Assembly (NCBI GenBank): GCA_040954595.2
Contig: CM082598.2
Coordinates: forward strand, 186,001-250,000
Reading direction: 5' to 3'
DNA from: Balanoglossus misakiensis
Lineage: Eukaryota; Animalia; Hemichordata
DNA: 64,000 nucleotides
Numbering within the stretch: position 1 is the stretch's first letter; each line of letters opens with the position of its first letter. Shown in pieces: positions 14,696 to 28,300 of this stretch. Below the pieces are notes generated by a model. The model was not told where the DNA came from and searched no databases. It saw only the letters and a program-made list of their open reading frames with translations. Position numbers and translations under genes: made by a program.

Positions 14696-15423
14696 GATGG
14701 CGCTTTTCACAAGTTGGATGGTCGCGTCGTACTAGTATATTAGATGCAAGTACGCAGCGGTTTAGCACCAGGTACGGACGATTTGTAAGAAGCTTAATTA
14801 TCCCGCAGTGATTTTAAATGAAAAGATGGTGGACATAGAGAGCAGCAATACTGATACTTATTTTTCGTGTTGTGTCTGTATCGTCATATTAGTCAAATGG
14901 CATAATTGCTCTTGCTCGTAATGAAAAGAATTTTCCCTAGAGAGAAGGTAATTGAAATTTGAAACATATTTTCCGTAATAAACTTATTGCTTTTGTTTAA
15001 TCTTACTATTACATGTACATTCTAATAAGGCTGCGTTGCATTGGCAGAAAACAGAAGCTGTCTGGTTCGTGGTGGATTTTGAAGAAGATAGGGTCCGAGG
15101 TCAAGATATGAAGCATGATATCACGTGATACAATGATTTATCGCTGGAAGCTACTTGAACAAATCACCCAGGCAACGGTGTGTCGGGGCTCGGGCTTGGA
15201 AGAGTGACCGTTACCAAATTATCGGCTTTTCAAAAGGGACCATTAAGGGGACATTAAAGGCCACTTCCACGCGCATACACCAAAGGAAACGCCTGGGGCA
15301 ACCAGGTCAAAGTTCACAGTGAATGCTTCAATAAAAGCAAGTAGCCCCAATCTGGAAAGAGATAAGTTTTGATTGAAAGGAGCGCTTTCTAGAATGGTTG
15401 TTTGCTCGATTTCAATCCACGTT

Positions 15424-15664
<241 letters not shown>

Positions 15665-18600
15665 ATACATATATATATATGAATCCAACGTTATCGTATG
15701 CCTTTGCACTAATTTGTTGCACTGTCCGCCCTCTTTCGCTTTTGTTCTGAAACAGTCCAACTTTAAGATGGCGTCTACCATTTGCATAATTTTAGGGTTT
15801 GCTAAACCCTCTTTTGAACTGATGCAAATCTCTGCCGCGGGCAACTGCGTTGAATACAGTCGAAGGGGACGAAACAAGGCAGACTCACGAAAATGGTCCC
15901 CCTTGGAGCTTAGCATAGTCTTGGATGTATAGTCAAAGCAGGTATAGGGAGGCAATAAGTATGAAAAGGTTGCATCTAGGGTAATGTCCATAATACAGGC
16001 ATCGTCAATACCCCTGTCTTTCTACTGCTACCGGAAAAGTTTTCTTCCGCCACACTATGAAAAGATCTCTTTTGTATGGCCATCAAAGGACGAACAAAAG
16101 ACCAAGGGACGTGAGAACGACTCTGGAAAGGGGATTTGTCAGGTCGTTTGCATAATTTCCATATAAAACAATGTTTGTACATGTACTTGGATTTCAGGTT
16201 GCAATGTTGTTCGTTGCTAACTTTATTCTCAAATGTATGGACAAGAAACTGCAAAACAGAACTGACTAAACTTATATATACGGTCTACAGGACAAAATGA
16301 AAAAAATCTTTCTCTGAGATAAAATTAATGTACAACTATAATCTTCAATCACGGACGCCCAATGACATATTTTAAACACACAGTAAGCCGAGAAAATGCA
16401 GGGATAGTTGTCTATGCCTGTCCCCACATCACCTGTAGAAACAACAGGTGTTTAGATTTCGCCAAATAGAGACTTGATTCTTTCAGAAAACGTCACTGTC
16501 TTCACGGATATGATAGAGACTGTCGTGTCCGAAGAGTGATGCCAGGATCTTTCGATGCTCCACACCACTTCTATTCCGCCTCATTGGACATCATTTTTTT
16601 CACTGACACAGTTCCAGCGAATCGGAACGGTGAACTGAAAAGCCGTGTCTTGTCAGCAAGCAAATCTTAAAACTGCCACTTTAAACGATCATCAATAACC
16701 AACAGCAATTTTAATGTTTCCGGTTTGCAATTGTGACGCGTTGCCCCGACGAGGTCACAACACAAGCTTGAAGACGAAAACATCATGATTCCATCGCTTT
16801 ATGAGTCTGTAAAGGGGTGTTCTATGTTGCCTTCACGAATGTGGGTTTCTAAAAGAAGAATGGACCATTTCCAGTGATTCTGAACAAAGTTTCACAATTT
16901 TCCCACAATTAGTGACAGTTACTCGAGACCAATTTTGCCATCGGCGTTAAATCGTTCCAATGACTGCGCTGATGACTTGCCGTACGGACCACTGGACAAG
17001 ATAAAACCCAAAGCCTAAAAGGTCACAAGGTTAAAACACAAGCCGATACAAGCTGTGCACTAACATCTCTTACCCATGACGTCATTGGAAGAAGATTTAG
17101 GTCGCTGTCCCATGAATTATATCACGACTACTATTTTTGACTACCTTTGCGGGTCAAATGCCTCCGCCTTATCCGTTTTCCTCCCCCACCTGTAAACACA
17201 AATCACGTACATTACCTGTTCCGTTGGTTTGGGGGATGAATGCTCCCTTATTTGCGGTTGCACTGCGGGTGTTTGGGGTCAAAATAGAGACAAGCGGAAC
17301 CGACTTTTACTCTCTGTGTTTTCCGAAGAGGAATGCTGTGTCGTGTTACTTCAAATTTCCGGTGAAGGGAGCGGGATCTATCACCTCCTTTGTGTAATGT
17401 AGTTTCAGAAAAAAACAGTTGACAACAAGATGGCTAAAATCGTTCCTCTGTTAAAAATACCGGCTACATGATAACTGACTGCCCTTGAATGAGTAGTTAA
17501 ATCGAGAATTGAGTCACCTATAGTTTATTATCGACACTGTACGGTCGACATTACATCTATGTGGCATTCCCGGTTCGTTATACTGTGGGGGGGGGGGGGG
17601 ACTTGTATGCAATGTCTCTGGGGGTGGGGGAGTGTTAAAATTAAAATTGTGGTAGTAACTTTAATTGCATGAGCTCAGTTCACAGCCAGCGAAAGTCATG
17701 CAATGACCCAAAATGGCCCAATGAGAAGATCCAGAGAATATTGAAGACTTTTGGATGATAATTTGAGGTAAACAATTACAAACTGCAAAATGTACCGTAC
17801 ACTGCAGTTTGGACTGTTTTCTGTAGTGTTTGCTCGCGTACGACCCTTTTACGCTGAACACACACTGTTTGTAGAAGCGTAAGAACGTTTGCCACGGAAA
17901 ATATTGACAGACCTGGTCTGTCAACAAAACTGACAAACCTTCCAATGTGTCAGCATTTGCTGCCTGGAATGTCTGTAGTTAATTATATTCAAGGTTTAAC
18001 AAAGAAGAAGAGAGATATTCACTCTGGAAGACAAATTTGTATCAGACAGGGGTAGATGATGTGAACATAATGGAGAATCCATTGTAGTCTGTTCTCTTCT
18101 GAAACTGTAGTTTACAAAATTCAGTGGGTTTGCCTTCTTAGAGATATCTTTGACTGAATTTTGGTCTGAGTTTGCGAAGCAAGGTATTTTTTTTCTATTG
18201 CCTTTGAACGCGAGAGGTTATCACCATCATCGTAATAAATATGATGAATGGGTCGTAAATTTTGTCCTTTGGTGATCAGTAGTTGTTTTACCAGTAGCGC
18301 AGTGATCTACTATACGAATGTACATGTATAGTTGAAGACATGAACAAAGAGAGAGGCACATGCAGTATGTGCCCGCGTTTTGGTTACTGTCAAGTGTCCA
18401 GAACCATTGATGAAATTCTGACAAGTGGTTTGGCGAAAATTTGTGTATTTATGGCCACAACGGATCTGGCTGCACAGTGGAGTTAATCCTAACGCCAATG
18501 CAATGCACTACTGCGATGAAAAGTATCCATTCATGACTAGAACCCTAGTTCTATTAGCGTAAACAGAAAAAAACAGTATGTGTGCTTTAGAAATCCCCCA

Positions 18601-19559
18601 ACGCCCGCATTATTGTCCTCTTAGTGACTGGTCAAGCTTGCCAGACTAAACTTTTAACCTTTTTCAAGATCACAGTTTGCCCGTTGGGCCCGCATGCTAG
18701 GACGAAGGGTGAACGGGTTATCGCAGTGGAAATATCGTGTAGGTGCGGCTACCATAGATCAATGGTATTGTATAGATAGGGGGTCTTTTAAGGTTCTAAG
18801 AGCAAAGTTCGCATCCTGACTGCTCTGTTAGCGCGGGACATCTTTGATTGAAGCATGGAGTCAACACTCAACAAAGTGGTCCTCACCAATTCCCCCACCT
18901 TAGTCGTGGATGAGCAGATATATCGGCAGTTTGAGTTTGACGAGTTTGGACGTGGACAAACTTAAATGAGAGTTTACTTCTCAGGTATATGAACTATTAT
19001 ACAATCTATTTGATTCGCACAGACTCTAACCTCGCCTGACACAGAATTCTTTGTATTACCTGAGCTACAAAACAAAGTACATGTACTGTTGCTGATGTTT
19101 TTCTAAGACCTTTTTCCAGGTACAGCCATGTATCAACCACAGAAACATCGGCGAACATTTAGTACAAATGATAAGGTAGCCATACCATGGTGACGGTTTT
19201 CGAGGTGTCCTGCCAACACCAAACCTAAATGTTTGTGATCTGTTTCTGTGATACTGTTCAGTACTTCTTATCACCGTTTGACCTACAATCTGGCTATTCA
19301 AATTGGAGACACGGTATTGACTACGTTATCTTCTCCTTCCGGAAGTTTAAACACTGCCTGGGTGTGCGTAACCTTATTTTTTTTTCCTTCTGTACATCGT
19401 GTATCATAAATAACGCAGGTCGTTCAGTGTTAGGTCACGCATTTTGAATTCAGACTTAGCGTCGTGTTCACCTGCGGTCTCACTTGCAGAGACATCACAA
19501 ACACCAAATGAGGTTCTCAGTCACAAAAAAGTCACACGCTCCGACGTAAACTTTGGATC

Positions 19560-20277
19560 ATAATTTTATTCTGTTTATCAAAATATTCATTTTTATACAT
19601 CAATATAAAATTATAAAAAGACATTTTATTGTGTATTAGAAAAATAGATATTCTACGAACCTGGCCATGAAAGCGGAGAATAATTATGGAAGTGGACAGC
19701 GACTCATAGCCTCTTTATAAATAGAGGAGTAAAATTGATTTGGAACTTATAACAAGCCGCAACAGAACAATCTATAGTATTTACAAATTAAATTTCGGAA
19801 TACTTACAGATATTTAAAGTTCATAACCGAAGACAAAAGCACAGTGGTATAAAAATAATTCAGGAAAACAAATTGTCTTTTTATCTTTCACAAAAAAGAA
19901 GTTATCAAAAAATATATAACTTCCAGTTTGGCAGTGTTTCCTCTCAGTCTTTGCATATGTACACATTTCAACAATATTTGGCAGTGAAACGACAGTTCTC
20001 TCCTTTGGAGAAGAATCTTCTTCTTCTTCTTCCTCTTCAACTTGGACTCCCAAGTTAGTCAAGATTCCGCGGACGGTTGTCTTAACATAGCGGTGTACAG
20101 TTTTTGTTTCGTCCAATGGTCGAGTGGCCTGTCCGTGCGCGCCACACGTTTAGTGTCAGACCTTTACATCAAGCGCACTGGCCACACCCTTCAAGGTTGC
20201 TATTCAGTATCTTGAAAGAGTCGTATCTCTCTCCTTTGTAAGATTCCATGATTGCAGTCTCCTTATTTGCATAAGCC
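19560..20277 (-). other. Putative non-coding 3'-UTR terminal exon of ASCL1
   Basis: Acceptor ttattcttttccctccaaacag| at 20278/20277. AU-rich 3' region with minus-strand AATAAA at ~19625-19630 and ~19565-19570. Confidence 0.55.
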
Positions 20278-21285
20278 CTGTTTGGAGGGAAAAGAATAAG
20301 ACTTTATTAGGCACGCTATCCATGCTGACATCAAATCGAGATAAAAGCTCCAATACACGCCGATCAATCAGCGCACAGCGGCACGCGTCACTGTACCATT
20401 TTAACATAAATCACCCCCTTCTTTGGGAGCGCCCTAGAGACGGCCTGTCCAGTCTAGCGACGGGGGCAGGACCCCTTCCTTAATTCACCGGCACGCTCCT
20501 CTTTCCTCCAGGCCCAACAAACAATTAAGGCCCTGGGGGGCTGGAAGTGCCGCGTGCCTTGCTCTGAAACTGTGCCCAACACTATAGCTTGCTAATAATG
20601 GCTTCCTCTGTGTCCAGACCAATCAGACAGCGCCTTACATTGTAAGCCGAATTGAAATACGGGGGCTGACTTGATCCCCGGAGAGTTTATGTAAGCCGGC
20701 TTTTGTTTGGTTTCAAGGAGGAAAAGACGTCTTAAAATATCCACTAAATGTAATGACCAGATAATAATCGCAAAGTAAGAGGTACCACGTGCTAAGTCCA
20801 AAACGAGGCTTCAAAATCGGATCACTCCTACAATACTTTTCTTTCGCCAAGAAGAAAGTTAGATGCAAGTCCGTGGGGATGGTTCCCAAGCATACCGCTA
20901 CACATCTTGTAGCCCAGACAATTTCATTTTATCCAATCTGAACGATAATGAGAACTAGACAAGAAAAAAGTTTCCCTGAGAAAGCGAGAAACGCAATTAT
21001 TGATTGTCGTCTTTTGTTGCCGTTTCAGTGTCCGACCAACGTCATCCCGAAACAAAAGATGTCAAAACATTTCACCGAGAACACGATTCTGATTTTTTTC
21101 TCTGGTCTCATTAACAAATCTGAGATTTCACTCGCTTGTTCACAACTAAAGTTTCGGCCGGGGACCAAGTCATTAGAATGATTCCTGTCTGAAACACTAA
21201 ATTGGCCTGAAAGAAAATCTTGAAGTTTTAATATGTCTTCTCACCTGTTGCTTCTGTGAAATTCTTAAAGGAGATGGCTCTAATT

Positions 21286-21798
21286 TCAAAACCACGTCGT
21301 AAAGTCGAGAAGTTCTTCTTCTTCTGGGCTGAGAGGATCACACGACGATCCTTCAGACGAGTAGGATGGAGTTGGAGAGCTGGAGAGTGAACAGGTTGGC
21401 GATAATGACCCATTGAAAGCGGCGTTCACGGCGTCAGCTTCGTCCAATAACTCCTGAAGTTGCCTGATGTAATCCACGGCCGATCGGAGAGTCTCTACTT
21501 TACTCATCTTTTTGTTGTTAGCACCGTTGGGGAGCTGTTCCCTCAAACTTGCGAAACCCATGTTGACTAGTTTGACGCGATTTCTCTCACGTTCATTCCT
21601 CCTGGCAACGGCAGCCGGTTGTTGCTGTGGCAGTGAGTACGGAAAGTTCAGCCGTCTCTTACACCTGACAAGTTCTGGTGGAGAGTCGGTTATCGAGCGC
21701 TTTAACGGTTTCGTCCGCGTCGACTGGACGTTCGAACAGTTTGAGTTCACAAATACACAAGACGTTTGTAAGACTTTATCAGGCGTCGTGTTCTCCAT
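21286..21798 (-). CDS. ASCL1: Achaete-scute homolog 1 (ASCa/ASCL1-type proneural bHLH factor), 170 aa, intronless CDS
   Basis: Hallmark ASCL1/2 motifs: [77 protein letters not shown], an SP-rich region, and C-terminal [16 protein letters not shown]. Confidence 0.97.
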   Translation of the reverse strand: MENTTPDKVLQTSCVFVNSNCSNVQSTRTKPLKRSITDSPPELVRCKRRLNFPYSLPQQQPAAVARRNERERNRVKLVNMGFASLREQLPNGANNKKMSKVETLRSAVDYIRQLQELLDEADAVNAAFNGSLSPTCSLSSSPTPSYSSEGSSCDPLSPEEEELLDFTTWF

Positions 21799-21894
21799 CG
21801 TATATTCCTGGGCAGTGGTTTGCGTTCGTGAAGGTGGCAGTGTTGTTGCTCTGGTCCTTGGTTTGGCGTGTGCCGAGAATGCGGCAAGGGTCCT

Positions 21895-22355
21895 GACCCA
21901 GCACGAGGAAACTAGCTAGTGAAAAAAGCGTCTCTGGAGTTCGGCGTTTTCTTGGTCTGTTGTTTATCGAAATACCCTTATGCGAGGCACCGCCCCTTTT
22001 CCAAGTTCTTTGATTAGCGGACGCTTGTTGTGTTAATGCGCGCGCTACTCGCGTGGACAACACAAAGGGACAAACAATCCGGTGCGTTCAACCATTTAGA
22101 ATACGGAACCGTCACTATAGATTTGACAGCGAGGAGAAGTCGGCGCGCGAACCGATTTACATATGAATAACACCAGTAAGAGCTCATGTGTAAATATCTG
22201 ACTGCACGCGTGGGGGTTGATAACAAGTCTGCAAATAAAAGGAGGGGGGAATCGCTGAAGCTCTTTACGAGGCCCAAATAATGCAAATAAGTACACTCTG
22301 AACTTCAAAAGATGCGCCAATCATGGTAATTACATACTTAGTATGCAAATCACGG
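21895..22355 (-). promoter_or_regulatory. Putative ASCL1 proximal promoter with octamer (POU), HES class-C/N-box, Sox and GC-box motifs
   Basis: ATGCAAAT at 22281 and 22343, with related ATGTAAAT/ATTTACAT at ~22155-22194. CACGCG at 22205 and on the reverse strand at 22050; CACGAG at 21902; ACAAAG/AACAAT at ~22062-22078. Motif matches only. Confidence 0.45.
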
Positions 22356-25300
22356 ATTTCTATGACAAACAGGTACCCTGTAGTTGGGTCTAGGCCATCC
22401 AAGTCTCATTCAGGCCAATTGGCCCTACATAAACTTTGAACTGCCAAAATGCAGAGTTTTATTGGTGGAAACCGTCAAAAATTGTCAACGTTAATCGTAA
22501 AGTTAAGAAATCAGACTGATTACTAGTCTATCTTTGTGGTTGGAACATGCACGACTCGTCGAACGCTTCTGCGACTCGCGACCTGAGACTGAAGACGTAC
22601 CACTGAGGCGTGCATGTCAAGTAACGCCAAGAAGCGCACAGAAACCAGCTTTGTTTGTAAGGCTGAGGACTTTTGGTTTTAAACACGTTGCTTGGTACAA
22701 GCAAGAAGGAAAACTAGCAAGCCCGCCAATGTTCGCCAAGTCGCACATTCAAATAGTGCAGGGAAAAAAACGGTAGCAGCTATTTAGTCCATTCACACAG
22801 GTCTTTTCACGGTGATACAGTGTTTTCTTTAGTTATACCGTAATTAATCATATTCAAATGTCTATTGTGGCCGTGCGTCAGAGATAGCTCATTGATAAAT
22901 ACAAGAATGGGGTCCGCTCATTATAACGGTTCTGGTATTCATCTGTATATTTTAACTTGATTTTATTCACAATAGCAAACGATTTAGCAATGCCAGTTAC
23001 GCGCCTAGCGTCAAAATACGCTGGAACAAAATGTTTGATTTGTTTTACCGCGTCACGGGCTGCTCTGAATGAAGATTGTGCGACCATGCAGCACACAAGT
23101 GGCTCAAGTGTGATGCGCAGTCGGCAAGTTATGTCGGCATGCGCATCTTCTAATGGCAAGGTGCAAAGGATGTCTTCACTTTGGCGCCAAAATTGCAAAT
23201 TCTAGAAAGAAGCAGGTTGTTGGCTCAAGTTGTAAACTATTACTTCAGTTAGCAATCGCTCTCTCTCCTTCTTTCTCAATCTGCGGATAAGCCGTTACCA
23301 TATCATGAAATGTACATAGCCATGTCGTATTTCCTCTAAACGAGATTCTGTAACTATGGAAACTGAAACTACCTCATCCCTTGAACGATTTGGCAACACA
23401 TGTTTTTAAAGAATCTATCATAACAGGGAACATCATCTTCACCATAAACTTGATTCGGGGCAAAACAAGTCTGAGGGAGCTCACGCTTCTTATGCATGTT
23501 TGCTAATGGCTAGATTTCCACGCGTTGTTTATAAGGTTTTATTCACAGGCGTTTGCAGTTGGGCCTTACACGCGCGAAATTGTAAAACTTAAAAGAAACG
23601 GGAATGTGAACGAGGAGAACAAAAAAGACCCTGGCTAAACAAAGTGTCCATATCCAGCGGCTGAATCCTGGACCATACAATTGCAAATTTTCTTCATAAT
23701 TACAGACGGTGCTATTAGCCAAACAAGCATGAAAGGTCCACGTACGTGCCGAGAATATTATCGTCTCCTTTTTAATCTTCAAACACGAGACGGGGTCTGA
23801 CTTGAGAGATTGACAAACCAAGACACTTCGCCGTGGAGAACACCTCCTAGTATAATTGAGCTTTTGGGATTTCATAGAAAATTATTATGAGATAAAACGG
23901 ACAGTAAAAGAAATCACCACTTATTTAATTTTTGAAAAATAATATGTAGTGCCTATATTCAACAAATTCCACAGCGGCTTGGCCATGTGGGTTGTATTAT
24001 TAAGCGAAACAGTGCACCCTATTTTCGTATCTTTAGCGATTATCTATCTATCAGTAAGCTCCAATGTCGGTGTTATCAAACTAATCTTCCTCACAGTCTT
24101 ATCAAATCTCAACATATAAAAAATAATTGCCTATTTTGTAGTTTGACGACAAGAGATACATGTGCGTCGAAACCAATTTTAATCTGTCATTTTCCTTCGC
24201 GGCTGTGCGCACTGAACAGTTTTTCAAGATGTGCATTCATAACAGGGAACTTTGGGATGTCATCTGCGTTTTGGGCCCGGGTCTTATCAACACCCCCTCT
24301 TCGTAAAGTCAGACAGTTTTACTATGAAATACTAGAAGACCATCTCTTAGAAAATAGACTGGGCGAGAGAGGGGGCCCTCTTTCACCATGTTGCAAACAA
24401 AGGACGGCCTTCATACAGATTCTTTAGAAGAACTTCAATACGACGCGTATTCACCACATATGAATGGATGCTGGGGACATTAGCTTTCTGGGGCCATCCA
24501 CAAACCAATACGCCCCTGCAGCGGAAGGCGATTGGTCTAGCGTTCTCTCTGTCTCACTTGCACGCACCACTGCTTCAAAGAAGCTATGAAAGAACAGCTA
24601 ACAATACAGAATGCTGTCTTTAAGGACGAACTCTCTTTCTCTCCCTAGCATAGCACTCTTTCCAATTCAACAGAGAATGAATATTGTCCGCGCAAACTGC
24701 CTTGCTGCTATTGACTGAGTCGTTTCTAAGGTAACAGAATGCGCAATTGTTCGGAGGAAAGGGCGGTGTTTGGGGTCAGAGTCTCGTAGAGAGCTGTTTG
24801 GAATCCAATATAAGCTATACGTGTCTTGCCCCTCAGTTTGGAAAAAAAGAAAGATCTTAACTTCAACAGCTCCGTTGCTATTCATAGGTTAGCAATGGAT
24901 CATGTAAATTATTTTCCATTATGACAGTTATATGCATAAATTGAACACGATTTTTTACGTTCCTCATAACAATTCCATGTCTATCGTGCAACTGCAAAGG
25001 TAAAAGTCCCGAACGTACCAGTGCCACCTTGTGTACGTTGCTTATAGCGGGAACACCTCCAAGATTTCTGTGAATTAATGTGTATAAAAGACCAGATATC
25101 TTCATTGGAAACACTGTGTTCACTCTGACAAGGAAATATTTATATTGTAAGGGTGGGTCAAATCATGGACGTGGTCAAATTCTGTTGGTGAAAGTACTAG
25201 TATGTCAACAACGGTCACTCCATCATGGAGGGGCCGTGGTCGGCCAAAAAAGGCGGCAACTTCATTGGTTAGTATTTATTGGTTGTGTGAACAACTGAGA

Positions 25301-28300
25301 TCAGACGTGTTGTCTTTGCTGAAAGTCTTGGTGACTCGTGCCACTTCTCCGCCGAGATTACAGCGAAAAGCTTCCGACGTGTTAAAACTTGCTGGGATTC
25401 AAATAGTCCGGGGTCTGCACCATTCACACAGGTGTCAGTCTATGGTGATCGGATTATGGCTCGCCACTTCCCCACTTGACGAGGCATCGCCAAAAAGTTC
25501 TTAGGCAGGGGCCAAGTATTTACTGAGCGATGTGGGGATTTAGATAATGGACGCTGGAACTGTCAGTGCCACGCGACTTGGAGTGGCTACAGGAAGTTAT
25601 CATTGATAACAGCATACCACACCGGTTTGATTGATTGTCGCTCGCAAAGACACGAGAGTGGCGGACAAACTTTGTTCATTCACGTGAATATGGGTCGAAG
25701 GCCATTCAGCTCCTATCAAATCGGCGCACAGAGATTACATTTATTACGACCGAACAACTAAGGTCGAACAATGCTGTCACAAGTACACTGCCCAGGTTCC
25801 AGCCGCGACCGTTTGCAGTTTATTTCTCGTTTTTTTTTTTTGACTGGCGGAAAATCCTGAGCGCGCCCCGTGAGTGTCTACGGCACCAACGCCAGTACCG
25901 CGGCCACGAGGCCGACATGCAGCGTCATTGTATTCTCTTCGAGCGCGTCGGTGAATAACACCGCCCGTCAATCACGTGGTAGTTTTCATTTACGATGCAA
26001 TTTCCAACTAAATCCCTACTTACAACGCCGAAAGCAGACGCCAATGCTCTAACCAATGCCCGTGCAAACACTCTTCTCTCGGTGCACACGTTTCCACAAA
26101 GGATCTCATACCTTCTCGAACCGAAACACTAGACCCAAACAAAAATGCTCCACACATCGGCGCCTCAAAACATTTCTACCGGTCAGACACTAAACATCTT
26201 TCTTGCCAATGTTTACGGCTCTAATTTTCCACTTCGCCCTATGTGAAGTTTTGTTCAAGAGATGTTGTCCCAGGCCGACTAAGCTAAGCCAGTGATTTCC
26301 CGCTAAAACGGCATGAGTGAAGGGAAGGGAAGGGAAACAATAATTATTGCGGAAACTTTCGAGTCAATAACGGATAGGTGAAATAGCTACTGGAATTTAC
26401 GGCTAAGAAGTCACATGCAAATGAGAACTACTGGCTGACAATCGTGTATAACCTGGGCATAATATTACGAGTAAATGTCACAATCCGCCGAAGACTGTCC
26501 GAGTCGATAACGGGTATTTCTCTCTCCCCTCGAATCTTAGAAGGTATCCCCCCTTCGAATCTGCTAATAACAACCTGCCAAGGCCTTCGAACACACTGGA
26601 AACAAAAAGACAAAGGATTCTGGGATATTTTGGTGTCTCCAGCCCATTCCCAGGATGATGGTACCATAAAAGCAGAGCCTGGAATTCTTGGCACCACGCC
26701 AAGCATTCCGGCTAAACCTCTGCGGGAGTCACGTGGGAGAGAAGCGGACAGACCCCAACACGGATTTAAAAGATCTTGATAATAATAATCAGGGAAAAAA
26801 TAAAATAGTGTGATAAGACTTGGCTCGTATATTAATTTAATTCATTTAATCTCATGGTGAATGTGATCACCAGGGTGCTCGATTGGCCGGGTGACGGCGA
26901 CGGGCGTTATCGCACAAGTTGTGTGAAGTTGCCGGGATTTTGGTTTGATGGTGATGGGATGGACTCAAAAGAGCGTCTCTGCAGTGATGACAACGTAAAA
27001 TCCGCTCTATTACAAGACGAATATAATTAACCGACTAACATATTCCCTATTATGTCATCCGTAAAATGTATTCATTATGTTCAAGCCAATAGTGATGAAG
27101 ACGACATACAAACAAAAGGCAATTAACGCTTAACAGTCTTCTTTAGATTCAGCTACACCTTCGAGTGGATAATTATGATTACGAATATCTTTCATGATGT
27201 TCAATTTAAAGTCTTCATTGCGAAACATAAACGATTTTTTTACCGCACAACACGACGCCGCACCTGTAAGGTGTCATCACGCACAACCGTCTTGAGATGA
27301 CGGTGCAAATTACTGAAGGATTACGGAATACAACTATACAGTTGATTGACTCGAAAATACTGGTTTTAATGCAATGCTGGTAATTAAAGATTTACTTTTC
27401 AGGGTTCGATATATCCGTGGCATACGTTATGAATCATGAATTCGAAGTCTGCATGGTCAGCAGTAACCATGGAAATCCGCCGCGACAGATGGCAGAACTG
27501 CAATCTGTCGTGTGTATGCGGGTTGCTCGTTAGACTGTTGCTAATAGACCAGACAGATGTCTAAAGCTCGGGTTTTACATTCCTAGAGTTATCCCTCTTA
27601 TGTATAGAAATGGACTTGGCATAGTTTAACACATGTCGAGTGACAATTTCAGCAAAGAGGGAATATTTCAATTTCAGGAGCCGAGACTGACTGTATGATT
27701 ACAGATCCCCGGTGAAAGATTTGCATCGATCCTCGAAAACTCTCACGGATGTTTCTTCACCAGAGTTGTACAGCGAAGACACCCACAGATTTGAAATCTG
27801 ACATTTGTTACGGATGTAAAGTCTCAGAACTTTCTGACGAACAGATCTGGCACACCACAGCCAGCGAAACGGCCTTTGAAGTTACACACTCTATCCAGCG
27901 AACAGCTCTGTCTAAAGATGATTCATCGCTCTTGCTGTACAGCTCTTTGTCTGCTTTGTAGCGATGACGAATTGTATACGGCTTTTTAGTTTCGTCTCTC
28001 GCATGGTTGAATCTGAATGGAACACGTGCCACTGGACCCGATTCACTACCTTGTCATTAACTGCAAAAGGCTCATGGGTAGTAATGGAAGATATAGCCAC
28101 CTACAGTAGACCCCCAAAATCAGTGAGCGACCCCTGATCCCTGTTGTTGAATTTTGATAACCAATGTCTGCAAGTGCACTTGTAGACTGCTGCAAACTTG
28201 CTTGGAAAAATCTGCTGTACATCACGACTTTTTGTGACAAGCACATGCTTTGGTTCCTTGTTTAAACTATGTCAGTGATTTGCTAAACTTTCCACTGTGA

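Larger units (their letters stand above)
11510..14744 (-). mobile_element. Putative non-autonomous Helitron/Helentron-like element carrying central tandem repeats
   Basis: The minus strand begins A|TCTAATATACTAG at 14744, a Helitron-like 5' TC. Short subterminal inverted repeat GACCATCC (11516) / GGATGGTC (14716); GC-rich hairpins at 11548-11577; (GATA)n at ~11759-11789; internal 127-bp arrays; no transposase ORF. The left boundary is uncertain. Confidence 0.5.
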
